DNA of 64,000 nt from the human T2T-CHM13v2.0 reference genome, Homo sapiens. The first letter of the stretch is position 1. Every line of letters starts with the position of its first letter. The stretch is taken from assembly GCF_009914755.1 (NCBI RefSeq), contig NC_060928.1. One strand, written 5' to 3'. The translations under genes were made by a program, and so were the position numbers. Below are positions 42,096 to 54,425 of the stretch, piece by piece. The notes below the pieces were generated by a model. It did not search any database. It saw only the letters and a list, made by a program, of their open reading frames with translations, and was not told the origin of the DNA.

Positions 42096-42432
42096 TTTGC
42101 CAATTTACGTTTGTTTTCACATACAGTAGATTCAGTCCTTATCTTGCAGTGTCCCCTATTAGCTACTTACTGGACAATTGCTTTCTTCTATAAATATTCT
42201 CTTACACTTTCTATGGCAACACAATTTCTATTTTTTTTCCTACTTTTCTAACCACTGTTTCCAGGCTGTTTTCCAGGCTTGTTCTTTTTCAAAATTCATC
42301 ATGATTCATGTTATTTCAATCCAAACGAAAATAAAATAAAAATAAAACCAAAAATAAAGATAATAACTTAATAAAAATTTTAAAATTTAAACCAAAAAGA
42401 AACAAACTAATAAAACAATAAAACAGATATGC

Positions 42433-42585
42433 TTATCAAGCACTTATCGTTTGCCAGGATGATTGCTAAGTGACTTTACATGGCTTTTCCTATTTGAACT
42501 AGATAAGAACTTTATTAAGTCTCCACCTAAATTTGGAGATGATTGAACTGAAGACAGTGTATGACTAGTTCAAGGTGATGCAGCT
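42433..42585 (-). mobile_element. MIR
   Basis: ttatcaagcactta...tgccagg...tgctaagtg.ctttacatg...gaactgaag...caaggtgatgcagct. Confidence 0.7.
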
Positions 42586-43672
42586 CTTCTTTTTTTTTTT
42601 TCTCTCCTTCCATGTTATTTGTGATCTAAACCACTTCTATTATTTTAAATGGCATCTCTTGGTCATGACTTCCAAAATTTATGTCTCCTAGTCAAATTTC
42701 TCTATTACATGCAGCACATACATACAAGCATTTCTTTGCATACATAGTCAGATGCTTCTTATACATCTCTTAATGAAGATTTTCAAAACTAAACTCCTTT
42801 TCACTCCCATACTCCCACCGCCTTTCTCAAATATTCTACCTCTAAGTAGATGATCTAAATAGATGCAGTTACTCAAATTCAAAATCCTGGTGTGGGTACA
42901 TTATTCTTACCTATCACATTAACAATATTCAATTTTTCAACAACTGGTGGTGGGTGTACAACATATATTGAGGACTCAGCTACTCACATCTATCTCAAAT
43001 GTCAGCATCTTGGTCAAAACCACAACTATCACTCACCTAGATTTTTGGAAAAATCTACTAATTCCACACTGGCCCCATTGCCAATCTAGTCACATTTTGC
43101 ACAGCAGCCAGAATGCTCTTTATGAAAGGAAAATAAGACTGTGTCATCTCCCTGATGAGCAATACTTAATACACTCAAGACAAACTATAGAAGTCAACAT
43201 CTGGCCTGTGAGAAAGTGCATTATCTTTCTCCTACCCACTACTCCAGTATTATTTGGGCCATTTGTTTTCTTATTTATTTCTTTCTCTACAGTGTTTTGT
43301 ATTTCTCTCTGTCTCTATCCCTCTCTCTTTCTTTAATTTACATAATTTTATTCTAAATGATATATAAATATAACTAATGCCTTTAATTTAAATAAATATT
43401 TAAAGTATACGCACACATATTTAGTCTTAGGGACTTTGCATGTACTCTCCCTCCACCTAAAATCATTTCACTCTATAATGTACCTGGTTTCTCCTAGTAA
43501 TGTTAATGGTTTGAGCTTAATTCTGACTTTGCCAAAATCATTCTTCCCCAGTAATTCCACATATCCCTTTCCTCAGTCAAAATTAGAACCCTCCTCTCAT
43601 ATGTCCTCATAACATTCTGTCATTTTATTTTATAGTTAAGTATGTTTAGATGACTTATAAAAATAGACATCT

Positions 43673-43988
<316 letters not shown>

Positions 43989-44548
43989 CTAGATTTAGCC
44001 TCAATGATATGTCTGTAGCAGAATTAAAAAAAAAAAAACAAAAAACAAAACCCAGGGGAAACCGGCCATAAGAAATTTGGCTTATTTTTAATTTCAAAAT
44101 AGTGAAGTAACCAGATAACAATTATATTTTATAAAAATTATGTTGTATGAAATTTTTCTCTTCATAAAATACAAAGAACTTTTGTTAGTTTACTTTTTTA
44201 AAAAGTAATTTTTAGTTAAAAATCTTATTGCTCACAAAGTGACAGTGAGTATGTGATTATATATTACATGTATAAAATTTCAGTTTATTAGCAGTAATAT
44301 TCTCATGGAAATTTACTTACGATAGGGACCAAGTATCCAGCAATGTCATCATTACAAAAGCTTTTTGAAACAATTTGGAGAAAATTAACTTTCTTAGTAT
44401 TGCTCAAAACACCTAAAATCATAATTAATAAATTCTTACTCTCTATTATTATCTTTTTGAATAATAATTGGTCAAAGCAATCCTGTGACTGTAAAGATAG
44501 GAAAATAGCTTTGGTTAAACATTTTTAAAACACTTGAAATATGAGGCC

Positions 44549-44912
44549 TGATATGATTTAGATCTGAGTCACTGCTCAAATCTCATGTTCATTTGTAACT
44601 CCTAATGTTGGAGGTGGGGCCTGGTGGCAGGTGATTGAATCTTGAAGGTGGATCCTTCATAAATGGTTTAGCGCCATCCCTTTGGTTTTGTTCTCATGAT
44701 AGATTTCTCATGAGACCTGGTTGTGGCAGCTCCTCCCTCAGTATCTCTTCCTCCTGCTGTGACCACATGAAGTGATTCCCCCTTTGCCTTCTGCCATGAT
44801 TGGAAGTTTGCTGAGGCCTCTTCAGGAGCAGAAGCCACTATGCTTCCTCTACAGCCTGCAGAATCATGAGCCAATTAAACTTTTTTCTTTATATGCAAGA
44901 ATAGCTAATACA
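44549..44912 (+). mobile_element. MST (MSTA-like) 5' LTR
   Basis: tgatatg...aatgttggaggtggggcctggtgg...aatggtttagcgccatccc...gagccaattaaac...ctaataca. Left TSD aggcc. Confidence 0.9.
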
Positions 44913-46160
44913 GAAAATTGGTACCAAGGAGTGGGGCATTGCTATAAAGATACCTGAAAATGTGGAAGTGACTTTGGAACTGGGTAATGAGCAGAGGTTG
45001 GAAGATTGTGGAGGGCTCAGAAGAAGACAGGAAGATGAGGGAATGTTTGGAACTTCCTGAAGATTTGTTACATTGTTATAATCAAAATGCTGATAGTAAC
45101 ATGGACAATGAAGTCCAGGATGAGGAGGTCTCAGATAGAAATGAGGAACTGATTGGGAGGTTGAGCAAGGGTCATTTTTATTATGCATTAGCAAAGAGAC
45201 TGGCGTCATTGTGCCCCCGCTCTAGGGAACTGTGGAATTTGACCTTGAGAGTGATGATACAGCGTATCTGGCAGAAGAAATTTCTAAGCAGCAAAGCATT
45301 CAGAGGTTCTTTAGAGGCATCTAACACTGTATGCTTATTTGCATGAGTATGGAAATGATGTAAAATTGGAACTTATATTTAAAAGGGAAGCAGAGCATAC
45401 AAATTTGGAAAATTTACAGCCTGGCCAGCCAAGTGGTAGAAAAGAAAAACCCATTTTCTAGGGAGGAATTCAAGAAGACTGGAGAAATTTGCATAAGTAA
45501 AGAAGAGCCAAGTGCTAATATCCAAAACAATGGGGAAAAGTCCTCCAAGGCATTTCAGAGACCTTTGCAGAAGTTCCTCCCAATACAAGCACTGAAGCCT
45601 ACAAGGATAAAATGGTTTCATGGGAGAGGCCTAGGGCCCTGCTGTCCTGCACAGCCTCAGGACACTGCTCCCTGTATTCTAGCTGCTCCAGTTCCAGCCA
45701 TTACTCAAAAGGGTCCAGGTACAGCTTGAGCCACTGCTCCAGAAGATGCAAGCCATAAGCCTTGGTGGTTTCCACATGGTGTTAAGACTGCAGATGTGCA
45801 GAGTGCAAGAGCTGGGGCTTGGGAGCCTCTGACTAGATTTCAGAGGATGTATGGAAAAGCCTGGGTGTCCAGGCAGAAGCCTGCTGCAGGGCAAAGCCCT
45901 CATAAAGAACCTCTACTAGGGTAGTTGCAGAGGGGAAATGTAGAGTTGGAGCCTCTACACAAAGTTCCCACCAGGGCACAGCCTAGTGGAGCTGTGAGAA
46001 GGGATCCACCATCTTCCAGACTCCATAATGGTAGATACATTGACAGCTTTCACCCGTCACCTGGAAAAGCCACAGGAACTCAACTCTAGCCCATGAGAAC
46101 AGCCATAGACCCTGAACCCTGAGAAACCACATGAGCAAAGCTGCCCAAGACTTTGGGAGC
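44913..46160 (+). mobile_element. MST internal sequence (5' and middle)
   Basis: gaaaattggtacc...gtggggcattgctataaagatacctgaaaatgtggaag...; degenerate MaLR ORF (QNADSNMDNEVQDEEVSD). Confidence 0.9.
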
Positions 46161-46910
46161 TGCCCAGGGCTGTGGGAGCTCACTCTTACATCAGCATGAC
46201 CTGGATGTGAGACACAAAGTCATAGAAGACTATCTTGAAACTTTAAGGTTTAATGATTGCTCTATTGGATTTTGGACCTTCATGGGACTTGTAACCCCTT
46301 GGTTTTGGCCAATTTCTCCCATTTGGAATGGGTGTAGTTCATCAATGCCTGTATTCTCATTGTATTTAGGAAGTAACTAAGTTGCTTTGATTATACAGCT
46401 CATAGGGAGAAGGGACTTGCCTTGTCTCAGATTAAACTTTGAACTTGGATTTTTGGGCTAATGCTGAAATGAATTAAGACTTTAGGGGACTGCTGGGAAG
46501 ACATGAATGTGTTTGAAATGTGAGTACATGAGATTTTGGAGAAGCCAGCATTGGAATGCTATGGTTTGGCTGAGTCCCCACCCAAATCTTATATTGAATT
46601 GTAATAATCCCCATGTTTCAAGGGCAGGACCAGGTGGAGATAATTGAATCATGAGGGAAGTTTCCCCTATACTGTTCTTATGATACTAAGTGAGTTCTCA
46701 TGAGATCTGATAGTTTTATAAGGGGCTTCCCCCTTCACTCACACTCATTCTCTCTCCTGCCATCTGGTAAAGAGGTGCCTTCCACCAAGATTGTAAGTTT
46801 CCTGAGGCCTCTCCAGACATGTGGAACTGTGAGTCAATTAAATCTCTCTTCTTTGTAAATTACCCAGTCTCAGGTATTTCTTCACAGAAGTGTGAGAACA
46901 GACAAATACA
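46161..46910 (+). mobile_element. THE1-int 3' end (46161-46556) plus THE1C/D LTR (46557-46910), nested in MST-int
   Basis: LTR tgctatggtttggctgagtccccacccaaatc...taattgaatcatg...ggaactgtgagtcaattaaa...aataca. Flanked by ggagc at 46156-46160 and 46911-46915. Confidence 0.88.
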
Positions 46911-47703
46911 GGAGCCCACTCCTTGCACCAGAGTGCCCTGGATGTGGGACAAATAAATGAGATTATTTGGAAGCTTTAAGATTTAATGACTGCCCTGCTG
47001 GACTTGCACAGGGCCTGTAGCCCCTTTCTTTTGGCTGATTTCTCCCTTTTGGAATGGAAGTATTTACCCAATGCTTGTGCTCCCTTTGTATCTTGGAAGT
47101 AATTAACTTGTTTTTGATTTTACAGGTTCATAGGCAGAAGTTACTTGCTTTGTCTCTGATGAAACTTTGGACTGTGGGCTGGAGTGAGTTAAGACTTTGG
47201 GGGACTGTTGGAAAGGCATCATTTTATTTTGAAATATGAGAAGGATGTAAGATTTGGGAGGGGCCAGGGGTGGGATGATATGGTTTGGATCTGTGTCCCC
47301 ATCCAAATCTTACGTCAAACCATAATCACCAATGTTGGAGATGGGGCCTAGTGGGAGGTGATTTGATCATGGGGGTGGATCCTTTATGAATGGTTTACAC
47401 CATTCCTTTGGTACTGTTCTCATGACAGAGTTCTCACTACATCTGGTTGTTTAAAAGTGTGTAGCACCTTTCCCTTACATCTCTCTCAGTCCTTCTCCTG
47501 CCATGTAAGATGGCCTGCTCCCACTTTGCCTTCTGCCATGAATAAAAGCTCTCTGAGGCCTCCCCAGAAACAGATGCTGTCATGCTTCTTGTATACCCTG
47601 TGGAATCATGAGCCAATTAAACCTCTTTTCTTTATAAATTACCCAGACTCAGGTATTTCTTAGCCATGCAGGTATTATAGCCATGCAAGAACAGACTAAT
47701 ACA
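46911..47703 (+). mobile_element. MST-int 3' end (46911-47275) plus MST 3' LTR (47276-47703)
   Basis: PPT tttgggaggggccaggggtggga, then tgatatggtttggatctgtgtcccc...gactaataca. Right TSD agacc. Confidence 0.9.
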
Positions 47704-49359
47704 AGACCATAATAAGTCTTGTGTCTCACAACTGTTACAATGTCTTAAAGGATTCAGACTTAATTTCTTACACATTTTAGTTTTTTAAACAATGCCTTTT
47801 TAATGTTTTGATGTAAGTGCTCCAATATGATATAATTCAAATACAATTTCTAGCCAAAAGAAATATCACAAGAGTCTGTTTTCACAGGTATATTTATTCA
47901 CATATGCCATTAATCATCATTCTCTGGTAAGTAGGAGAACACTTGGATTCTTAAAAAAAGTCACAATAAAATTTTACTTTAATCATAAGCTGAACATATC
48001 TTTGGACCATATTTTATTAGAATTAGATTTACTCTTGGCTAAATCTTTGTTGTGTCCTTTCAAATCTGAGATTGCATGAATTAGAAAGCTGGAAAAACAA
48101 TGAGCCTGTTTTGGTGTCAGCATAAACACATGATGGCATTTCCAAGAAGGGTCACACCTTGCTGAAAGAGAAGAAAATCAAAATTCCCAGAGCCATTCAT
48201 CCTTTTAGGGTCTGTTATCCAATCAAATAAATGAGCTACTCTTATTTCATGAAAAACAACTTGCTTTTATTATTTGTGTTGTAAGAAGAAAAAACTGCCA
48301 AAAGCCAAATGAATGCTGTAACATACCTTACCCAAATCTGGTATTTAAATTCTTTGGAATACACAGCCAATAGTCATAGTACTAGGTCAGCCAAAAAATA
48401 CTTCATGTGTAGAGGTAAGATTACAGATATTGACTTGAATTAATGGTATCTATAAAAGTATCTGTTTGGCTTTGTGATTATTGTCTCTAATCTACAAAAG
48501 TATTTTTATATTTTCTTTTCTAACTGCAATTTTGACATAAGTAACTATTTTATTGTAATAAATCATGTTGTTATAGCCTTAACATCTAATAAAATATTTA
48601 AACTTTACAAAATGCTTTCTGAAAAATAAAGGAGATAACATTTAATAGTATCTTATTTGTTTATCTTGGAAAAACAATGGCAACAACAGAAACATTTTAC
48701 AAAATAAGAGATCAGTTTACTTTTCCACTGAAGCTCTTACTATCCAAAATACAAAGATAAACTGGCATAAGGTCAAATTACAGATGAAAAATAGAATGAA
48801 AGAATAAGTGAAATGGACATCTCCCCATTATCCTCTTTTAAAGGTTATTTTCATCTTGACAAAGTATCTCCTTCCATGTCACAGTGATTCAATTGGCTTT
48901 ATGCAATCCAAATATCATTTGAGACTCTCCCTTTTTCATAAATATTTGCCAAAAAAAATTTTCTTTTGAGAATAAGTAACTTATAACCTGACAGTTGTAA
49001 GTCAGGTCATTATTTTTTATTAAAACAAAAAACTTTTAGCAATTTTAATTTAAAATTTCTTCACCAATAATTGGAAAACATGTACTTAGTTTAAATAGAT
49101 TATTAGCTGTATTCCTTGAGCAACTCTTACAATTCCTCCTAAGGGAAAGCTTAATCATTTGTAAGCCCTGTTGGCAAAATGGCATGTAGTACCAAGGAAA
49201 ACACATTATTGGAAAAATTCATCAGAGGTCACGTACTGTGGCTACTTAGGAAAAGTGGCACATCCAAAAATGGTTATATTTTAAAGATGAGATTTCTACT
49301 CTTTGTGTTAAAAATATGGTAACTCAAAACAAATGTAGTGTTATCTCATTCACGCATGC

Positions 49360-49475
49360 TTTTTTTGAGGTAAAATACATATAAAATTTACCATTTTTGC
49401 AGTTTTAAAGTGTACAATTCAATGGCATCTGATACATCCACAACATTGTGGAACCATCACCACCATGTAGTTCCA
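49360..49475 (-). mobile_element. L1MB-like 3' terminus
   Basis: ttgaggtaaaatacat...ttttaaagtgtacaattcaatggcat...accatcaccac. Confidence 0.75.
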
Positions 49476-50389
49476 TGTTTTATAGGTATGTATTGCAGGC
49501 ATATGAAGAGAATTAAAAAATGAATATAAAGTCATGATTTCTACATTCAGTCTTAATTCAGCCTTCATATCTGCTCTGTTCCTTTGAATAGAATTTTTAA
49601 ACTTTGGAGCCACATTTTACTAATCTCTAAAATGTACGTGTGTGTGCACATGTTCGTGTGTGTGTGTTTTTAAACTTTAAGGGATCTCCAAAGTCTAATT
49701 TTATGTTTCTGAGAGAAGCCTGATATTAATGTGATATATGACACATTAATTTAAGACAAAAGTCTAAAAGACAAATAGATTACTCAAGCCACAAAAACAG
49801 TGTATCATTTGTATTTTTAAAGTTTTCCTACTTTTAACAACTAAATATGTTTAAACTAATTTAAATGAGACTTTTACTGAGAAAGCATTGCTTAGCTTTG
49901 ATAGCTAACTTCTCAATTATAATCCATGTTATGGTGGTATCTAAGGATTTCCATCCTGGCTTGCTGAGTACAGTTTTTAACTATAACAACCATTGACTTT
50001 ATTTTTTAAAAAAATCTACCAGGTATTTGTTTTTTTGCCATTTCTGTACAGTTTTTTCTGTTTTTATTTAATGGATATTTTTGTTTTAATCTTTGTATGT
50101 CATTAAATTTTAAATGTTTCTTGGCTCATTACCAGAAGCATAATATGAATATTTGTTTCTTGCCTTGAAGCTATATTTTTAAATGTACCCTTTTTAAAAG
50201 TAAGCATATCATTTTAGTTTTGTTTCATGACTATAATATTTGATTTTGTAATTTATAAATTTTGGGGTTTTCTTTAAGTTCGATTATTTTGCTGAACTAC
50301 ATGAATTTTTTAGGCCCCCATTAACTTTTTAATGAGATTCCTAAATACTTAGTCTCCTATAAATTTTATTATAACTTACCTTAATATTT

Positions 50390-51678
50390 TCAGCCACAAA
50401 TGGACCCATTGAAAATGTACTTGAATATGGTAGCCATGTCAAAATTCCACAAAAGTTTCTAAAATATTCTATCAATTTTTGACTTTCTCTAGTTCTAGAC
50501 TGGTAATTAGTTGTTTAGCAACCAGTGCTTGTGAGCAGGCTGCACTTTTAGTAGAAATGTTTTACTAGTCTCCTTGGTATCTCAGCAACATAGTCCTCAA
50601 CCAAGAAAAGATCAAGAAAGTGGACTCATGGACTCATATTTAAGAATTCTCTGGTCTTCCAATGTTTTCCATTACCTAGAAGTGGCAAACCTGGAAAAAC
50701 AGTAAAATAGCTTATTGTATAATCAGTTAAGATGCCAGTAGGTTAAAACATTTTCTGCAAGCACAGGAAGCTGTTCTATAGCCTTTATTGTATTTTTTTT
50801 TAAGGTCATCATATACCTTATCATGTAAGCTACTATACCTTGTTGAGGAAAAGGAAAAAAATATTCAAAATGATGAAAATAAAAGCTGTGAACTGGTACT
50901 GTTTGGGGATAACTCCAAAATATAGTTACCCCCACCTTCAACCCAGGGCCATTTGGTATGGTCTCCTCCACGGAAAGAAAGCAAAGGACTGGGATGCATG
51001 AGAGTGAGTGAGAATAACTTCCCTCACTATCATACCTAATCAACCACTTATAAAATTGTTATGTTCTATTTCTTTTGTCTTAGAGTCATTAAGTTTTGCT
51101 GTCCTGGTACCTAAGGAGGAATGCTTTCACCAGGGAACCCATCTATCGTTCTGTTACATTAAGAGAAGGTAAGAAAGTTCCCCTCTCATTCAAGCCTTCT
51201 ATGACACTGACCCAACAGGCAGAGAGGAGTTAATGTACTGTCTAAGGGATTTATCTTGATTACTAAAAGGAAATTGAGCTGCTCTTCCATAATGGTGTCA
51301 AGAACAGCTATATAATCATATTGCAAAGTGAAGAGCGTCTCTAAAATTCATTCTAGTTTTTCCATGCTGAATAATCATGGTCAATCTATCAGGACAGAAA
51401 CACAGAAAACTTGGACCCATGGGAATGAAGACTTGTGTCAATATAACTCTTTACATAAAAATGTCCAACCAGCAGATATACCAGCAGATATAGAGGGTAA
51501 GACGAATATAGAATAAGTCATACACGAAAGATTTTTTTGCCTAGGCCTAATGACTAGTTACATAAAAGCAACCATCTTTTATGTAAATTTATCAATGTAT
51601 TTGCCCTCCTACCTTTCCTGAGTCTTTCATTCAAATGAAATATCTGAGTCAATGTTAAAGGCAAAAAGGTGAAAAGAT
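50390..51678 (+). mobile_element. Ancient ERVL internal 3' region (integrase/dUTPase-derived, non-coding)
   Basis: ccctcactatcatacctaatcaaccact; ggaggaatgctttcaccagg; caacaggcagagaggagtta; cttgattactaaaaggaaattg resemble the ERVL pol/dut 3' end. Confidence 0.55.
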
Positions 51679-52165
51679 TGTGAAAGTTACTCTGTTAGTT
51701 GTCCATCCACATTCATATTTCTACCTGCTCTATCCTGTTACAAGCACTGAAAAACTTATTTCCAGGTGCTAACAACTGACATCTAAAAAGCCCCTGAATC
51801 TCCTTCCAAGAGGGTTTGTCCAGTGGAAGGAACTGAAAGGGGTTGAAGAACAGTTGAAGAGAGAAGTCACAGGATTTACTATCCTGGCTCACATGAATCT
51901 CTGTTTGGCTGTACTTTGACAGTGATTGCTCACCACATTTTTAAAAAATAGCCCCAGCAATCAGATTTTATAAGTACTAGTTCCCTATTTCCTACCAGCC
52001 TAGGGGTGGTAAGGAATGACCGCTCTTGCTAGCACTGTACAATTCACCATCCTGTGTTAGGTTTTCTTAAGCTTTTCTTTACTTTTATTAATAGCATTGC
52101 ATTAAACTCCTCATTTATGCATTTTTAGTCACCCTCTGTTTCATGTTAGAATTCTGACCAATCCT
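51679..52165 (+). mobile_element. LTR33-like 3' LTR
   Basis: Preceded by a purine tract (aaaggcaaaaaggtgaaaaga). Motifs gggtttgtccagtggaagg; gcctaggggtggtaa; ttgctagc; cattaaactc; ctctgtttc...ctgaccaat. Confidence 0.6.
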
Positions 52166-54083
52166 ATAATTGACATTTGACACTGTTAGAATTGCTGAAG
52201 ACCTTTTCTTTTTTAAAAAAATTTATCTGTACTAATTATAATTTTCATTGTGTATAGAATAACTGCTGCTGGTAAAGGTCAAAGAAGGTGGGATTTAATA
52301 AAGAAGTAAGAAAGAGGATTATTGATATAAGGTAGATGAAAATTGGTCTTTCATTTTATAGTTGTATCTATATTAACATTACATACACATACATACATAT
52401 ATACTGAGATATTACTTCATGAATAATAATTCATAAAAATAAATGAGCTGCTTGAGAGCAAAGACTTGATACAGTTTAAGGTCATAAGTAAATTTCTCTG
52501 CACATGATACAGCATTTTTGAAATAGGAATTAACAGAAAAGAGATAAAAGACAATGCAAATTCAAAAGTGAAAAGACGAACTAGGTAGAGATGTAGAAAG
52601 CTAGTGAACATGAAATTTCTTAGGGAAAGGTTGACAACCAACTTTTTATTACTATTAGAGACATATCCACTGTAGATTATTTATTCTATTGTATAATAAC
52701 ATTAATCCATCTCCTCAAATATTTAGTAAAAACTGGTACACCAAGAAAAGGCTTGAATAATAGAATTAGGAGTAAAAATAGTGCAAAGCATTGACATAAA
52801 TGATGGCCTACCCAACATTCACGCCTCTGCTTCAGTTAAAATGGCAAGGCCAGCACCGAGAAGATAATACAAGTCTTTTGCTATTTTCAGCCATGACAAA
52901 AGCAGCAGAGTGAATGCACTGGAGACGAGAATGGCAAAGAAAAAAAGCTACGTCCTAGAACTGCCCTCGGAAATGATTAAGACAAATTCCTTTTTGGCCT
53001 AATATACTAAGGAAAGAGGAAGATTGACACTCGGGTTACTTTTTAAATGATATTTTTATTACAATCTTTAATATGAAGTTTTATAAGTCAGGAATCATGC
53101 ATGTTCATCAGTAAAATAAGCATCACATTTATAATACTTACGTTTAACATATTTTGAATGAATTAGATTCTATATGGTAAGACAATTTTATTTCACCTAC
53201 GGTCTTTTCATACACTTCTCCTGAATATAATCCCCTGAAGACATGTTTTTCTTTCACTTTCTGGTTCCCCATTTTCTCTCCTTATTTGCTGTTTTATCCC
53301 CTTTGGTATGACAGGGCAAGTTTCGGGAGGTCAATGAAGATACAGGGAAGGTTTTCAGATGATTGGTTTCGTGTAATTGGGTCATGTACTAATCTTTATT
53401 TGGTAGGTTCAAAACTTCTTGCACTTTCCCTTAGGTGATGCTTATGTGGATTTCCTAAAAAATTCGTTTGCTGTGCATTTCAGCAGTTCACACTGTTAAT
53501 TAAGAAATTTTCCTTCTGATTGGCCATTCTTCCTACAACCCCTGTTTGGTACCTCTGTTTGTATATCCTGGCCTTTTCAGGCATATCTATTAGACAGAGA
53601 TGGCTCAATCTAACTCCATTTTGCCAGGTTCACAGGAGAGTTATAGGCATCCTTACCCCATCAGTTTCTGGGGGTGTCAGCTATCCCTGCTCTGCTGCCC
53701 ACAGTCGTGATTCTAGTCATCATTGCTCACCTTTGACTTGTGTAGATGGAGTCAGTATACCCTGGTTCCATGACTTTACAGCAAACTCTTTCAGTGTTTA
53801 GTTTGAAGACCCTCAACTGGCTTGATACAGATAAAAACACTTCTTCTCATTCCCCATGAGTTAGAGTTGAGAAAGAAAATACAAGGAAAACCATCAGCTC
53901 TCTTTACAATAGAAACTTTTCTTTGTTTTATAAATAATTCACATATACCTGGATGTACATATATATATATATGTGAATATACATACACAAACATATGTAT
54001 ATTCATTTATATACATCTTCAAAAGTAGTAGTCTATTTAATCTCCTTAGTGATTACTTTTTATTTAAAAGGATGGAGGTAATG

Positions 54084-54425
<342 letters not shown>

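Noticed and set aside
42947-43336. Longest ORF (129 aa)
   Set aside because: It lies in degraded L2, has a non-ATG start and a low-complexity end, and shows no recognisable domain.
44987-45729. Acidic ORFs in MST-int as a domesticated gene
   Set aside because: They are fragments of the known degenerate MaLR internal ORF with frameshifts and stops.
53160-53940. Possible old L1 5'/HAL1 fragment
   Set aside because: Similarity is too faint to assign a family without an HMM search.
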